Below are positions 1 to 11,783 of a DNA stretch of 64,000 bases, piece by piece. The stretch spans positions 1 through 64,000 of the forward strand of contig CDMY01000500.1 of assembly GCA_001179505.1 (NCBI GenBank). Reading direction: 5' to 3'. Source of the DNA: Vitrella brassicaformis CCMP3155. Lineage: Eukaryota; Protista; Chromerida. The position numbers and the translations under genes were made by a program. How positions within the stretch are numbered: the stretch's first letter is position 1; every line of letters begins with the position of its first letter. Below the pieces are notes generated by a model. That model saw only the letters and a list, made by a program, of their open reading frames with translations, was not told the origin of the DNA and ran no database searches.

Positions 1-335
1 CCATGTATGGCATCATGAAGGGTGGTCAACACAGATCTCACTTCGGTGATGGCTGATAAGATCGTGTCTCCTCAGAATGCTTTCCTTGTCTTTCCTTGTC
101 TTCTCCTCTCTCTCTCCGTTGCACAGCAATCTACCCTAGCTCACAAGCTCGCAGTGGTTCGTCTTGCCAAGCTGGCAATCCTGACAGCAAGCTCCAGCGT
201 GCCCCTGCTCAGCTCAAGTACGCGGCAATGAGACCACAAACCTGCCGTATAAGTAAGCAAACGAACACACGACGGGCGCACTGCCCTTGTACAGGCAGAT
301 ACATGCGACGAGCGCATCGCATCCTCATGTGCTCT

Positions 336-370
<35 letters not shown>

Positions 371-812
371 CTTGTCGCTCAATGCGCTGATTGTCGGAGC
401 GTGCGGGCGTATGATCCATGTTTACCCATGTTTGCCAGTCAATCAATCAATCAGCCAGTCAGTCAGTCAGCCCAAATGTTTTTCAATCTCGCCAACCAGC
501 ATGCTATGTACACGGGACGGGTGGGTGACTTCTATGCAATATGTACAAGTCTGAGTGTCCTCCCCCCACCGCCTTCCGGCACACAAAGAGATCCGTCCAT
601 GGGCCGTCTGCTCCCTCCCTCCCCGTGTGTGTGTGTGCTGGGGGAAGGTTGTGTGGTCGAGAGTGACTGCCCCTCCACCGAGTCGTGTGACGGCGTGACT
701 TCGATGTGCCAGCCGTGGCTTCAGCTCAACAACCAGGGGCCCGTCTGTGTGCCCACACGCTCACGCGAACCTGGTAAGTCCGTGTGTGTGTGAGCGACTG
801 AGCCATGCATCC

Positions 813-845
<33 letters not shown>

Positions 846-1963
846 TGTGGCTCTTTCATGCAGTTCGTGTGCCGTCTCACTGTGTGGGCCGTGAGTGCGG
901 GGAGGCCTGGTACACTGTCAGCGGACAGCACTGGAAGGATCAGCACATCACTTTCGACGTAAGCCCGCAAACAGCACAGCACAGCGCCTGACGCAGACAC
1001 ACAGCCACACAAGAAAGGGATTCGTTCAGACGCACAGCGGCCCCTCAACCCCCACAATCGACCGCAGCACCAAATGGCGCGTGTGGCTCGGTATCCCATC
1101 CCTGATCACACCACAGACGTGTAGACCCATGTGTGTGTGTGTGCGTGGGGGATCAGGTGAGGCGCTGCACCAGTGGAACCACCGCGACAACCTCGGGACG
1201 CTCTGCATGAACGTCCTCGCAAGGCCGGCTGGTATGTGGCTGAGCGTGGACACACACGTCTGCACCCCTCTGTGTGTGTGTGTGTGTGTGTGTGCAGTTG
1301 CCTGTCCGGCGTTCCCCTTCTCCACACTCGACAACGGCACTCTCCAGGGCGTCGTTGCCATCAACCACACGTACGCTGCAGCCACACACACACACACACT
1401 CTGTGTGCCCCCCATGTCCCTCTCTCTCTCTCTCTCTGTGTGTATGTGTGTGTGCGTCAGCTCCTCTGACCGCTCCTTCATGGCGGGGGACACCGTGTCT
1501 GTGGCGTGCGACACACAGAGGGGATACCAGGCTAAACCAGGGTCGGTGGAGCATCTTGCAATCCATGCAGACGCTCACTCACTGATTGCATCTCTCTGTG
1601 TGTGTGGGTGTTTTGTTTGTGTGCACAGTCATGGTGGGCAGGAGGACCTGTTGTGTCGCTTCCGGGCCGACTACCGCACCGTCAAGTGGGACGACATCCA
1701 TATTCGATGCGCCGGTAAGCAGCCTCTCTCTCTCTCTCTCTCTCTGAGCACACTCACACACATGCATTGGTTGCCTGTTTAGAATCCACAATCGAGCCGT
1801 CATGCTCGCGCGACGAGCAGTGCCGCTGGCCCACACCTTTCTGCCACCCTGACAAGGGCACCTGTGTCGGTGAGTGAGGTGGCCTCTCTCTCTCCCTCTG
1901 CGTGTGTGTGTATGTGTGTGTTCGGTGTGTGCAGAGTGTGTGTCATCGTCATCGAGTGGCTGA
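1..1963 (+). CDS. Multi-exon Cys-rich extracellular protein with a Sushi/CCP-like module and C-x-x-D-x-x-C type Cys-rich modules; 5' end outside the window
   Basis: Phase-compatible GT-AG exons give ...CVVESDCPSTESCDGVTSMCQP... VACPAFPFSTLDNG...FMAGDTVSVACDTQRGY...EDLLCRFRADYRTVKWDDIHIRC (Sushi-like 4-Cys spacing), then SCSRDEQCRWPTPFCHPDKGTCVECVSSSSSG*. Stop TGA at 1961-1963. Confidence 0.65.
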
Positions 1964-1997
1964 CGAACTTCGTGGCTGTTGATGGGGGGTGACGAAC

Positions 1998-2385
1998 GAG
2001 AGATCTGCACGAACACAACAACGAAGATGCCGCTGTTTGCAGCATGTAGTGGCTTCTCCTGCCTCTCTGACTGCCACCCTACCCTGCAGTGAGTGGCTTG
2101 AGAGCTCCAGGGGCTTCGGCTCCCTTCGCCGATCTGCGAGCTTGGGCTGCAGGCAGCAGGCCCCGCTCTCTCTCGTGTTTTGCGACAGCGGGGCGTTGCA
2201 GGGTGTGTGGGAGATGCCCAAAGAGCTGTCGTGATGTCATCGATCGCACGCGCTTTGCCACTTCTCTCTGAGTGACGCTGATCTGACGCATTGAGGTGAG
2301 AGAGGGTGGGCAGGAGGGGCTGATGGCATCAGCAATGACAGTCTGTTCGACCTCTGTGTGTTTGTCTCAGATTTCCGGCACTTTT
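1998..2385. repeat. Diverged direct copy of 5622-6015 (spliced 5' leader/promoter module of the 4.5-5.5 kb gene family)
   Basis: Shared long blocks such as GTGTGTGGGAGATGCCCAAAGAGCTGTCGTGATGTCATCGATCG and AGATTTCCGGCACTTTT; minus-strand splice donors and acceptors are retained in both copies. Confidence 0.9.
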
Positions 2386-2545
2386 ATGGCGTCCAGCAAC
2401 AGAGCGACAGTCAAAGGCAGCCGAGGAGCCAACTGAGGTACTGCAAGCGAAAGACAAGCCACTCGGAGGCTCACAGATCGATGAGGCGACACTCATCGCA
2501 TTCACTGATATGATGTTCGTCCTGTGTTTGTTTGCAGGTGTGCAG

Positions 2546-3829
2546 ATGTCGGCTGCTGCTCGTGAAGGAGCTGCTGCCTCTACCGACGATCCATCTTCAT
2601 CTGCTGCGTCGGCTGCTGCCAATGGTAAGCAACACTGTCACTGCAAAATGGCACAATCATGCAGGCACGCAGCTGTGTGTGTGTGTGTGTGTGATTGTGT
2701 TGTAGGTGCCAGCAGTGCATCGTCACAGCAGCAGCAGCTCCACCACCACCAGGACACCACTCTCAGCGGCGTGTTGGGCGTCGCGACGTTGATGCCGAGG
2801 ATCGCCCAACACGTGACGAGCTACTCACAGCTGGCCTACTTCCGCCTCATCGACATCGACCGCCGGCCGCCCATCTCCCCTGTGCGGGCTGTGTCCCTGA
2901 CGCCTGACGTCGTGCTGCCCATCCTGATGCGGTTGCTGCCTATTGTGGTGGCGTCACTCGGCCTTTGTGTGTTGGTGGAGGTGCCCATCCCCCAGCTCAG
3001 CCAGGGTGTGGCCGTCACGGTGGCCCTGACCAGGGCCCTCATCGAACAGCTTAGCCGGCGGCTGTGGATTGGAGAGGGGCGGCAAGTGGGCCAGATGGAA
3101 ACCTGTGCTGGAGATGCTGTATGTGCTGAGAGGCAAGAGGCCACTGGTGCTGGGTGATGACAACTTCGGTGTCTTCGGCAGCCGGGCGGCCTTCATGAGT
3201 GAGACGGAGGCGGTCCGCCAGTGGAAGATACTCAGCTCGAGGGCCACTTTGATTACTATCAGAGACACCTGATGGACGGCGATAAGAATTTCTGCTGCGG
3301 CATTCGCTCAACCTACTATGTCCCCACCCTCCTCAGCTCGGCCAGCCCCCTCTTTCGTCATGCACCATTCGACCTCACCGACCCGCACACACAGCTGGCC
3401 GGCGGGGCGTACCCCAACTACACGTCCATGGTGGCCTTCGAGCTGTTCCGCTGGCTGATCACCAGCGGCCACATCAAGCGGATCAGAGCCTGGGCGACTC
3501 ACCGTCGTGATTCTGCTGCATCCCGGCGTGTGAGTGAGCTGCTCGCGGCCTCTCCCAGCGATGCGGGGCAGTGGGGGGCGACGGTGGTTGACACGAAGAG
3601 GGAGAGTGGATGGCGTTATCGGCTGGTGGTGCTTGGCAGTGAGGCGATGGGCGAGGGGCAGGTGGCAGCTGTTCTGCTGGCAGATGGGGTGGGAGACTAT
3701 CGCTCTGTTGAGATCTTCACGACCGAGTCGGCGCCCCACGACCAGACTCGCACTGTCGTGATGAGAGTGCTGGGGTTTCGCCTGGGGAACACGGTGTTGT
3801 GGCGCTTCCCCGGCTGCACGTATGACTAG
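2546..3829 (+). pseudogene. Lineage-specific hypothetical family member, apparently interrupted by two frameshifts
   Basis: ATG 2546, intron ~2626-2705. Protein-like sequence moves from ORF 2510-3157 (...LSRRLW) to ORF 3069-3272 (LERGGKWARWKPVLEMLYVLRG...QWKILS) to ORF 3221-3829 (LEGHFDYY...VEIFTTES...). The first frame has TGA at 3155-3157. Confidence 0.55.
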
Positions 3830-4125
3830 GAAACAAACACTGGTCGCTGTGTGCCGCTCCTTGACTGCCTGCCGTCCATGTGATTGACGAAACGCCTTAT
3901 GGTTATGCAATGAATCGATGTATCCGTCAGATGCGCACACAGATAAGCACTCCCCCACACACCCGAACCGAACAGCATCGGACGTTGACACGCATACACA
4001 CGCACGTGTGAAGAGGGAAAGGCTCCCTCCATCAGTAAACTGCTGTCTCAGTGCAGCCCTTTATCAACAGAACAACCCTTTCTTCGCAGCCACACAAATG
4101 AAGGGGTGGCCATCTGCGCAATGGA

Positions 4126-4162
<37 letters not shown>

Positions 4163-4469
4163 TGTGTGGTGACTTCCTGTGAAAGTATCAGGTCATGTGT
4201 ATCGAGCGCCCCCCAAAGCACACAAACCACCGCACTCAAGGGGTTTTCAGTTGCCGATGAAGTGTGCTGATCATTCGCTCATTTTTGTGAGTCTGTCAAA
4301 GATGAGCACGACGTCCACCCACCCATGGCACTCAGACAATGTAATCAGTCACGTCGCCCATTCAAACCCACTCAGTCCCCCTCCACCACTGCTCACACAG
4401 ACAGGCCCTCTCCACCCATCCAATCCAACAACACCACCCAATCGCCGTCCGGTCACCAGCACTCACCCC

Positions 4470-5495
4470 TCACACATCCACCGTCCCCCTGTCGATGACA
4501 TCACGCTCGAGACCGAAAGCCCTCAGCACACGGCGGACGGCACCGACCGACTCGGGGAAGCGCTGGGCGATTGGTGCCGGCGCATCAGCAGCAGATGGCT
4601 CAGTCGTGTACAGATCGATGCGCCCCGACCCCACCCACAGGTAAGCGGCGAGGGTCTCGTTGCGTCGGAAGCCGCTCACTATCACAAGACGACAGTCACT
4701 CGGGTTTGCAGCATTGAGATGGCCCCCGTCGTAGCGCCAGTCGACAGCGATGCCCTGATCCTCTGTGATGCCCTCGGTTAGCAGACGGCCATAGCGAGGG
4801 TCACCCCGCCCGATGTCTGCCCGCAGCACCCTTCTCTGGCCCACCCCCTCTTCATAGCAGCACTGCCAGAACAGCCGGGTCAGCAGATATGCCGAGAAGG
4901 AGGGGAAGAGATCGCTGCCCCAGCGGTTGGTGGGGTCGGTCCGCTTGTAGCCGTCAGCATAGCGATGGCCGCCCGGCAGATCACCATGAGATACCACACG
5001 AAACGACACATTACCAATCCGATAGGCCCCATCGTCGGCCTGCTGCAGCGCCAGGCTGGTCCCTCCGTATGTCAGCTGACGGCCGACGGTTGAGTAGATG
5101 GCCATAGTGAGGAGCAGCTGGTGGAAGGCCGTTGCTGTGGGCAGTGAGTCGGCCGACATCTGAAGGGGCCGAGTCGCATTGGGCGTCAGCCGATAGATGA
5201 AGGCCACGCGAAGGAACCGCCCCATCGCTCGCCACTCCTCACCGCTGCCCTGCTCCAGCAGCCAGACGACCCTCAAGCCGCCCTCCACGTTACCATCAAT
5301 GTCGAACGCCAAGACGTCCTCCAAGTCGAGACGCCTGATGGCCTTGTCGATGTGCCGCTGGGCGCCGTTGAGCAGCGTGCTGGTGACGGTCGCCGAGGTG
5401 TGGCCGAGCAGCTCCTGCTGCCGAGTGGGGGTGACGATCTGTGAGGGGAGAGCGGCTCGCGTGGCATCGTCAGTCGCCATGGCCATGGCGGCCAT
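4470..5495 (-). CDS. Lineage-specific hypothetical protein (~341 aa from MAAMAMA), no intron in this region; upstream spliced leader exons probably extend to ~6050
   Basis: Open ORF 4470-6059 with a protein-like C-terminal part; clear homology to the gene at 23.4-25.0 kb (AFIYRLTP vs ANIYRITP; AIYSTVGRQLTYGG vs AAYSIIGDQLTHRG; IDLYTTE vs VAIYTTE). Confidence 0.8.
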   Translation of the reverse strand: MAAMAMATDDATRAALPSQIVTPTRQQELLGHTSATVTSTLLNGAQRHIDKAIRRLDLEDVLAFDIDGNVEGGLRVVWLLEQGSGEEWRAMGRFLRVAFIYRLTPNATRPLQMSADSLPTATAFHQLLLTMAIYSTVGRQLTYGGTSLALQQADDGAYRIGNVSFRVVSHGDLPGGHRYADGYKRTDPTNRWGSDLFPSFSAYLLTRLFWQCCYEEGVGQRRVLRADIGRGDPRYGRLLTEGITEDQGIAVDWRYDGGHLNAANPSDCRLVIVSGFRRNETLAAYLWVGSGRIDLYTTEPSAADAPAPIAQRFPESVGAVRRVLRAFGLERDVIDRGTVDV

Positions 5496-5621
5496 CTTGC
5501 TGATGGGCAATGACAGGTCAAAGAGCTCGGCGGGCTGGAAGAGGGGCTGGGACAAAGGCGCTGCACCAGTGGGCTGCATCACTCGTGACTGTGGAAAGGT
5601 CCCAGAGAGGCGTGGTTTACG

Positions 5622-6015
5622 TGAGAGATCTGCATGCACACAACAGACACCAAAGGCATCTGGTTTTTGGCAGTTCGATGCTTCCGCTTCATCTCTGACT
5701 GGCATCTTACCCTCCAGTGGGTGGCTTGAGAGCTGCAACGCTTGAAAAGGGGAGCGATCCGTCTGCGAGCTTGTTTTGCAGATCTCGTCGCGTGGTTTGT
5801 GCATTTCGCTGACAGCGTGGCGTTGCAGAGTGTGTGGGAGATGCCCAAAGAGCTGTCGTGATGTCATCGATCGGCGCAGATACCGCCGCCCATCTGACTG
5901 AGCGACGCTGATCTGACGCGTTGAGGTGAGAGAGGGCGGGCAGAAGGGCCTGCTGGCATCAGTAATGACAGTGTGTGCGACCTCTGTGTGTTTGGCGCAG
6001 ATTTCCGGCACTTTT
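5622..6015. repeat. Second copy of the ~390-bp module at 1998-2385
   Basis: Visual alignment as above; lies 5' of the minus-strand CDS 4470-5495. Confidence 0.9.
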
Positions 6016-6439
6016 CCGGTGCAGTTCAGAGCCACAACACCAACATCACTGCCACCCACGATGTGTCAACTACTACTGACCTGCTGTGCAGCACTATGCG
6101 GCTGGTGTGGAGCACGATGCGCTTCACTATGCGGCTGTGTGATATGGTGTTTGAGGCCTCTGGGCGGACCTCTGAGGCGCTGTCTGACGTCATGGTGTCT
6201 TCGAAAGAGACTGCAGGTGCGGCGGGTGCTCGTGAATTGGGGCTTTCAACCACCCAACTATGTGCCTTGGTATCGCTTGGAGCCCGCTGAGTTGCGCGCG
6301 GTCTGGCGGTATAGGAACAGCTACCATCATATCAGAAATATAGCCATTGAGATCCGGGACAGCCGCCTGAGCAATCTGGTAGGCAGCACACACGAAGTCA
6401 CTGATATTCATTCCCCTCTGCAGTGACTGTCGATGTCGT

Positions 6440-6955
6440 TTGTCTACCCTTTGTCAGACCCCAGCGCCGATTGTCATTATCAAGCAGTGCTGCTGTGGCG
6501 TCATCACCGTGGCGGCCTTTGTGTGGTTCGCAATCGAGCTGATCAAGTGGTTCCGGCTGGATGAGCAGTCAACGAAAGGCAAAACAGCCGAAGAAGTCCG
6601 CGAGCGGACGATGGAGCTTTGGACTAGTGCAATCTTCGCTGTTTTTGCGGGTGCTGGTACCGCCTTCGGTGCGTGCATGATGGGGATCCTGGCGGGGATC
6701 TGCCCACCCGATCCTTAGTTAGTCTTTATGTACCCGCAGCCCCAACAACAAGCTCCCGCACCTCCTCCGGCTCTAATAGGGGTACCTGCTGCTATCCACG
6801 TACCTGCTCCTCTGACCGTGGGACTGACAGCGCAGCAGGTGCCGCCGCCGCTGCCCATGCCCCTCCATCAGTCGGCCCCAGCACTCGGCGGTGGTGGCGG
6901 TGCTGCTGCTACTACGGCAGCTGGTGGCACGGGTATTGGCATTCAGCTGACATAA
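6440..6955 (+). CDS. Possible small membrane protein (two hydrophobic segments) followed by a Pro/Gly-rich ORF; structure unresolved
   Basis: ORF 6440-6718 contains GVITVAAFVWFAIELI and AIFAVFAGAGTAFGACMMGILAG; ORF 6728-6955 is Pro-rich. No convincing splice joins them. Confidence 0.35.
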
Positions 6956-7429
6956 GACGCCGAGGGGAGGGACGGAGGGAAGTGTGTGTGACGTTTCTGC
7001 CTGCCTGTCTATGAGTCGTACGTGGCGTGCGTGTGGCGTTGCTTGCTTGTCTGTCTGTCTGTCTGTCTGTCTAGTGTGTGTGCGCTGACCGACTCACTGA
7101 CTGATTCCATTAGCTTTTTGCCTGTATATCGGGATATGATAGACAAAAGACGATTTAATGGATTGACTGACACGCGCATGGCCGGCAATGGGTACATCCA
7201 TCCATCTGTCCATCCAGCAGCTAGATACACAGAATATCAACGCACGAACACGGAGATGAAGGCACACACAAGAGTCACACAAGGCATGCAGGCACGCTCT
7301 ATGCAGGCATCCATTCACACACACACACACACAAACACACGCATTTCTCTTTCTCTCTCTGTGCGTTCGTGCGTGTGTGTGTGTCGGCCCACCCCCATCA
7401 GCCACCGACCGACCGACCCGACCGACACT

Positions 7430-8318
7430 CCTTCTTGATGTACGTCGACACCACTGTTGCGCTGCACCCAACCACGCCACAGCCGACACGCATCTGTGCA
7501 CTCTGTCTGTCTGTCTGTCTGAATGAGCTGCAACCGCCCCAGTGACACCGCTAATCAGACCTGCACACACACACACACACATTCATTTCTGTCAGTATGT
7601 GTGTGTGTGTGTGTGTGTACCCACACCATTTCTGTTGCCGAGAGCCGTGGCGAAGAGGCCCACAATCCATGTCGCGTGGAGGCCCACCTACACATGCACA
7701 CATACCATCAACGTGTGTCGTGTGTGTGTGTGGGGGGGGGGGGTCTGTCAGGGTGTGTGGCTACCGAGGGGTCGAGATTGGCCATGAGGGAGAAGGCCAT
7801 CGTCTCGGGCACCTGCGCACACACACACACACACACATCAGTACCCATGTGAGTGCGTGTGGGTGGGTGTGGGTGTGCACCTGTGCGAAGCACACAATGA
7901 GGCCGCTGAGTATCTCCGTCTTCCAGTACTGCCACCCCTTCCCCCCTCCCCAGCCATGCACCAGACCTGCACACACACACACACACACATCCATATGTGT
8001 GTGCCGTGTGTCTATGTGTGTACCTCTTCTCGGAGTCTGCTCTCTCTCTGTGGTGCTCCACATGGCTGTGGGAGTGGCGGATGGACGGCTTGAGCAAATT
8101 AGAGTCACTGCACACCCATCCCGTCCACACCGACACGGACACACAAATCGATAGATACTCGTGAATACACACGTACGATGGATCTGATCTGCCTCTGTTG
8201 TGCGCGTGTGCGCGTGCATGTGTGTCCCCACCCCTTCTCACCCACCTGTAAGTGTGCCAGTGTGAGGGATCCAGCATGACATTCTCGCTACTCGTCGAGC
8301 GGGACAGGGGCCACCACC
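7430..8318 (-). pseudogene. N-terminal fragment of a SulP/SLC26 sulfate-anion transporter
   Basis: Spliced exons read EILSGLIVCFAQ|VPETMAFSLMANLDPS|VGLHATWIVGLFATALGNRN|GLISGVTGA, the SulP TM1-TM3 signature. No further transporter exons were found before the neighbouring gene; there is a frame inconsistency at a G-run near 7941-7951. Confidence 0.7.
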
Positions 8319-8484
8319 TGCGCGCGTGTCGACAACCACACACAAACGGGATGGGATCATATGATCCCGTTCTTGTGCTTCGGTGATCGCGCCTCCAAAC
8401 ACACATACACGGACACACTTGTGCACAAAGAGGCGTACCTCTTCCCCTCCCCAAGTCGCTCTCGCTCACATTCGACACAACACA

Positions 8485-8935
8485 CACACACACATCCGAT
8501 GCCATTGCGATACAGCTGGATGGATGGATGGATGGATGGATGGAGAGATGGGCGGTCTGCCTACCTTGCCCAAGAGCTTGAGCTTCCGCCGACGTCTCTG
8601 CAGCCATAGATCAGCCACCCAATGTCCATATCGCAACAACAGCAGAAACCACACAAATATGGACAGATCTGCCACGATAGGAGGTCCATTCATTCGGTGT
8701 GTGGAGGTGCTGGTGGTGTAGTGGTGCGGCTTACGTCGGCCATGGGCGAGGAGAGGCTGTATGACGGCAGCCAGGCCAACCAACACGATGGCGGCAAGGC
8801 CGGAACGACCCATCATCATCGCTAAGGGTCTGCGAACGGAGTGTGCACTCAGCTGCGGAAAGATCTCTCCCCGGATGGACGCAGAGAGCGACAAACGCGC
8901 AGAAAAAACTCGCGCGCTCGACTGTCCTGGCCACG
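8485..8935 (-). repeat. Inverted dispersed copy of 63430-63872: promoter, signal-peptide exon, intron and a small second exon
   Basis: The reverse complement aligns with 63430-63872. Spliced product MMMGRSGLAAIVLVGLAAVIQPLLAHGRQTSAEAQALGQG versus MMMGRSGIVLVGLAALLQPLLAHGRQMSAEAETLGQG. Confidence 0.9.
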
Positions 8936-8965
8936 GATTGCGAGCTTTCTCTCGAGGGCATCTCG

Positions 8966-10722
8966 ATGCGGCCCCTTCCACCGGCCCTTCTGCTTCGCCT
9001 CCTTTTGGTTTGCCTTGCATCCATCTTGACGTCACAGGCGTCACGTGTTGTTGTTTCCTTCCTCTCCTCGCCAGCAGCTCATCCCAGGGGAAGTCTGAAG
9101 ATCTGGATGAGCACAAGATCTGCAATGACACAGGTGGGTGGGTTGGTGAGGGGGGGACGGTGTGCTCGTTCATGGTGGTGCTGTGGATGCGCGTGTATGG
9201 CTTCGTGTGGTGACTGATCTGCGGCGAGTGCTGCTCTTGTACTGCTTCTCTGTTGTCTGTTGACCCGGTGTTTGGCGCCTGCAATGCCTTGCTCCCTCAG
9301 CAAGTGAGCCAAGACAACCTCCCACCCACAACTGCAGAGGTAAGGACAGCATTTGGAGGAGGAGTGAGACGAGCATGTCACGTCGTGTCTGTTTGTGTGT
9401 TCCCTGTCAGGCCTCTTCTGCCGCCCTCCCCTCCCTCCCGCTCTCCCAACGCGTCGCAGTGGCCAAGTCCTTCGAGCCAGTGCCCTTCATCCCTCCACTA
9501 TGGGCGCGGAACCAGCACATCCAGACCATCTTCGGCTCAGAATCCGTCCGCACTCGGCTGTTCGGTCGGCACAGCCAGTGGCCCTTCATCGACGACCTTG
9601 TTCGGGCGCGTGTGGACACGCCGGACGGCGATTTCATCGACATGGACTTTTACTACTGGGATGGTGACCGTGCCCATGAGCTGCACCGCTGTGTGGCGGA
9701 GGGGCGTGTCGAGAAGCCGTCGACCAGCGACCCGCTTGTGCTGGTGCTGCATGGCCTGGAAAGCAACTCGAGGAGCCCTCTCTGTCTCAAGATGGCCCGT
9801 GCCTTCCACGCGAGGAACTTCGACGTTTGTCTGGTCAACTTCCGATCTTGCTCCGGCGAGTTGCCGAGAACGGTGAGCAGTCCTGACGCGAGAAACCGTT
9901 TGCACATACACACATTCTGACCACTCTCGCCTGATGCCTTGTGTTTAGGTCCGCGCATACAATGTGGGCTTCACGGAGGATCTGCAGTTCCTCGTCGAGC
10001 GGTTCCGTCACATCACTCCCTCGCGGCCACTGTTTCTCGCTGGCTTCTCGCTTGGCGGCAACGTGATCACCAAGTGGCTTGGTTCCATGGGAGAGGAGGC
10101 CTATGCGGTCAAAGGCGTCAGGGGCGCCGCGGTGGCCTGCGTGCCGTTCGATCCATTGGCAGCCCAGCCCAAGATCGACTCCCCTGGCTTCTCGCGTCTG
10201 GTTTACACCGGGAACTTTCTTCGCACTCTCAAAGTGAAGGCCGAAACTCACCATCAGAGGTGAGACAAACGCCCTCTCGCACACAAAATGGGCGCAGGCA
10301 TCCATGGGTTTCTTGTGCGTGTCAGGTTCCCTGGGTCGTTCAACCTCGATGGCGTCCGCGAGGCCAAGACCATCGGCGAGTTCGATCGCCACTTCATCGC
10401 CCCCATCTTCGGCTTTGCTGACAAGAAGGACTACTACATGAAATCGGCGTCCAAGCCGCACCTGCCCTTCATCCGCACCCCCTACATGGCCATCAACGCG
10501 CGGGACGACCCATTCGTTGACGATGAGTCGCTTCCACAGGAGCGTCACGTCGACCACGTGGCCAAGCAGCACACCGATGACGTCGGCGCGCCGGTGCGGC
10601 TCGTGTATACCGAGAAGGGAGGGCATTGCGGGTTCTACATGGGCAAAGGGGGGTGGTCGCTCGCTGAGGAGATGGGGAGGTTCTTGGGCGATGTGGACAG
10701 AGCCCATAATGGGCTGCTGTGA
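8966..10722 (+). CDS. Alpha/beta hydrolase, YheT/ABHD1-3 type esterase, with a hydrophobic N-terminal leader
   Basis: NQHIQTIFG; VLVLHGLESNS; nucleophile motif AGFSLGGN; DDPFV (Asp); GGHCGF (His). GT-AG introns near 9873-9948 and 10260-10326. The putative start MRPLPPALLLRLLLVCLAS at 8966 is less certain. Confidence 0.9.
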
Positions 10723-10865
10723 AGGCATGAGTGCGCGTGTGTGTATGAGGGAGTTGGGGGCTTTTTGCCGTTTTGGACAGCAGTCGATGCATTGCGCAGC
10801 AATGGACAGTTTTGTGTGTGTGTGTGGGTCCATTGGGACGAGGGCGGGAGTGGAATGACTCACTC

Positions 10866-11483
10866 ATGGCTCGTTCGTCAACAGATGTGTGCGTGCCGAG
10901 GGAGTGTCTTCACGGGCATGAAGCGTATGTCTTCTCTCTCTCTCCCTCTTCTTGTATATGTGTGTGTCTGTCTGCAGGTCGTAAACCGCGGGCAACAGGG
11001 GCGGCCGTCATCCATCCATTTCGTGACAAACAAGATGTGCCCCTTCGCCCAGCGCACCTGGATCGCTCTGGAGGAGGCGGGCCTGCCTTACAAGCTGACA
11101 GAGGTCTCACTCTATGGCGCGGGGGGCAAGCCAAAGTGGTTTCTAGACCTCAACCCAAAGGTACCAACACACACACACACACACATGCGTTCGTTCATTC
11201 CCTCTGTCTGTCTGTCTGTCTGTAATGGCAGGGCCTGGTGCCCGTACTCGTCATCGACGGCCAGCCTGTGGCGGAGAGCGAGGCCACCCTCGACGCCATC
11301 GCCGAGCTCGCCCCGTCCCTCGCCACCCCCACCCCCAGCAAGCGGCAGCAGTGGCGCGACATGCTCGAGCAGCGGCTGATCCCCGTCGGCAAGGCGGCGG
11401 TGCTCAACCCATCATCGAAGAACATGGCCGCGCTTCGAGTAGTCATTGCCGAGTGGGAGGCTAAGCTGCGGGAGAGGCCGGGG
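10866..11483 (+). CDS. Glutathione S-transferase, Cys-type (CPFA active site, omega/lambda-like), copy 1, truncated by the gap
   Basis: IHFVTNKMCPFAQRTWIALEEAGLPYKLTEV...WFLDLNPK|GLVPVLVIDG...ESEA; start MARSSTD inferred from splice phase. Confidence 0.85.
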
Positions 11484-11783
11484 NNNNNNNNNNNNNNNNN
11501 NNNNNNNNNNNNNNNNNNNNNNNNNNNNNNNNNNNNNNNNNNNNNNNNNNNNNNNNNNNNNNNNNNNNNNNNNNNNNNNNNNNNNNNNNNNNNNNNNNNN
11601 NNNNNNNNNNNNNNNNNNNNNNNNNNNNNNNNNNNNNNNNNNNNNNNNNNNNNNNNNNNNNNNNNNNNNNNNNNNNNNNNNNNNNNNNNNNNNNNNNNNN
11701 NNNNNNNNNNNNNNNNNNNNNNNNNNNNNNNNNNNNNNNNNNNNNNNNNNNNNNNNNNNNNNNNNNNNNNNNNNNNNNNNNNN
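11484..11783. other. Assembly gap (300 N)
   Basis: Run of n. Confidence 1.

Noticed and set aside
10700-10980. Hydrolase-GST read-through fusion by splicing
   Set aside because: The obvious donor just before the hydrolase stop (CT|GTGAAG) joins out of frame and hits TAA; an independent in-phase GST start exists at 10866.
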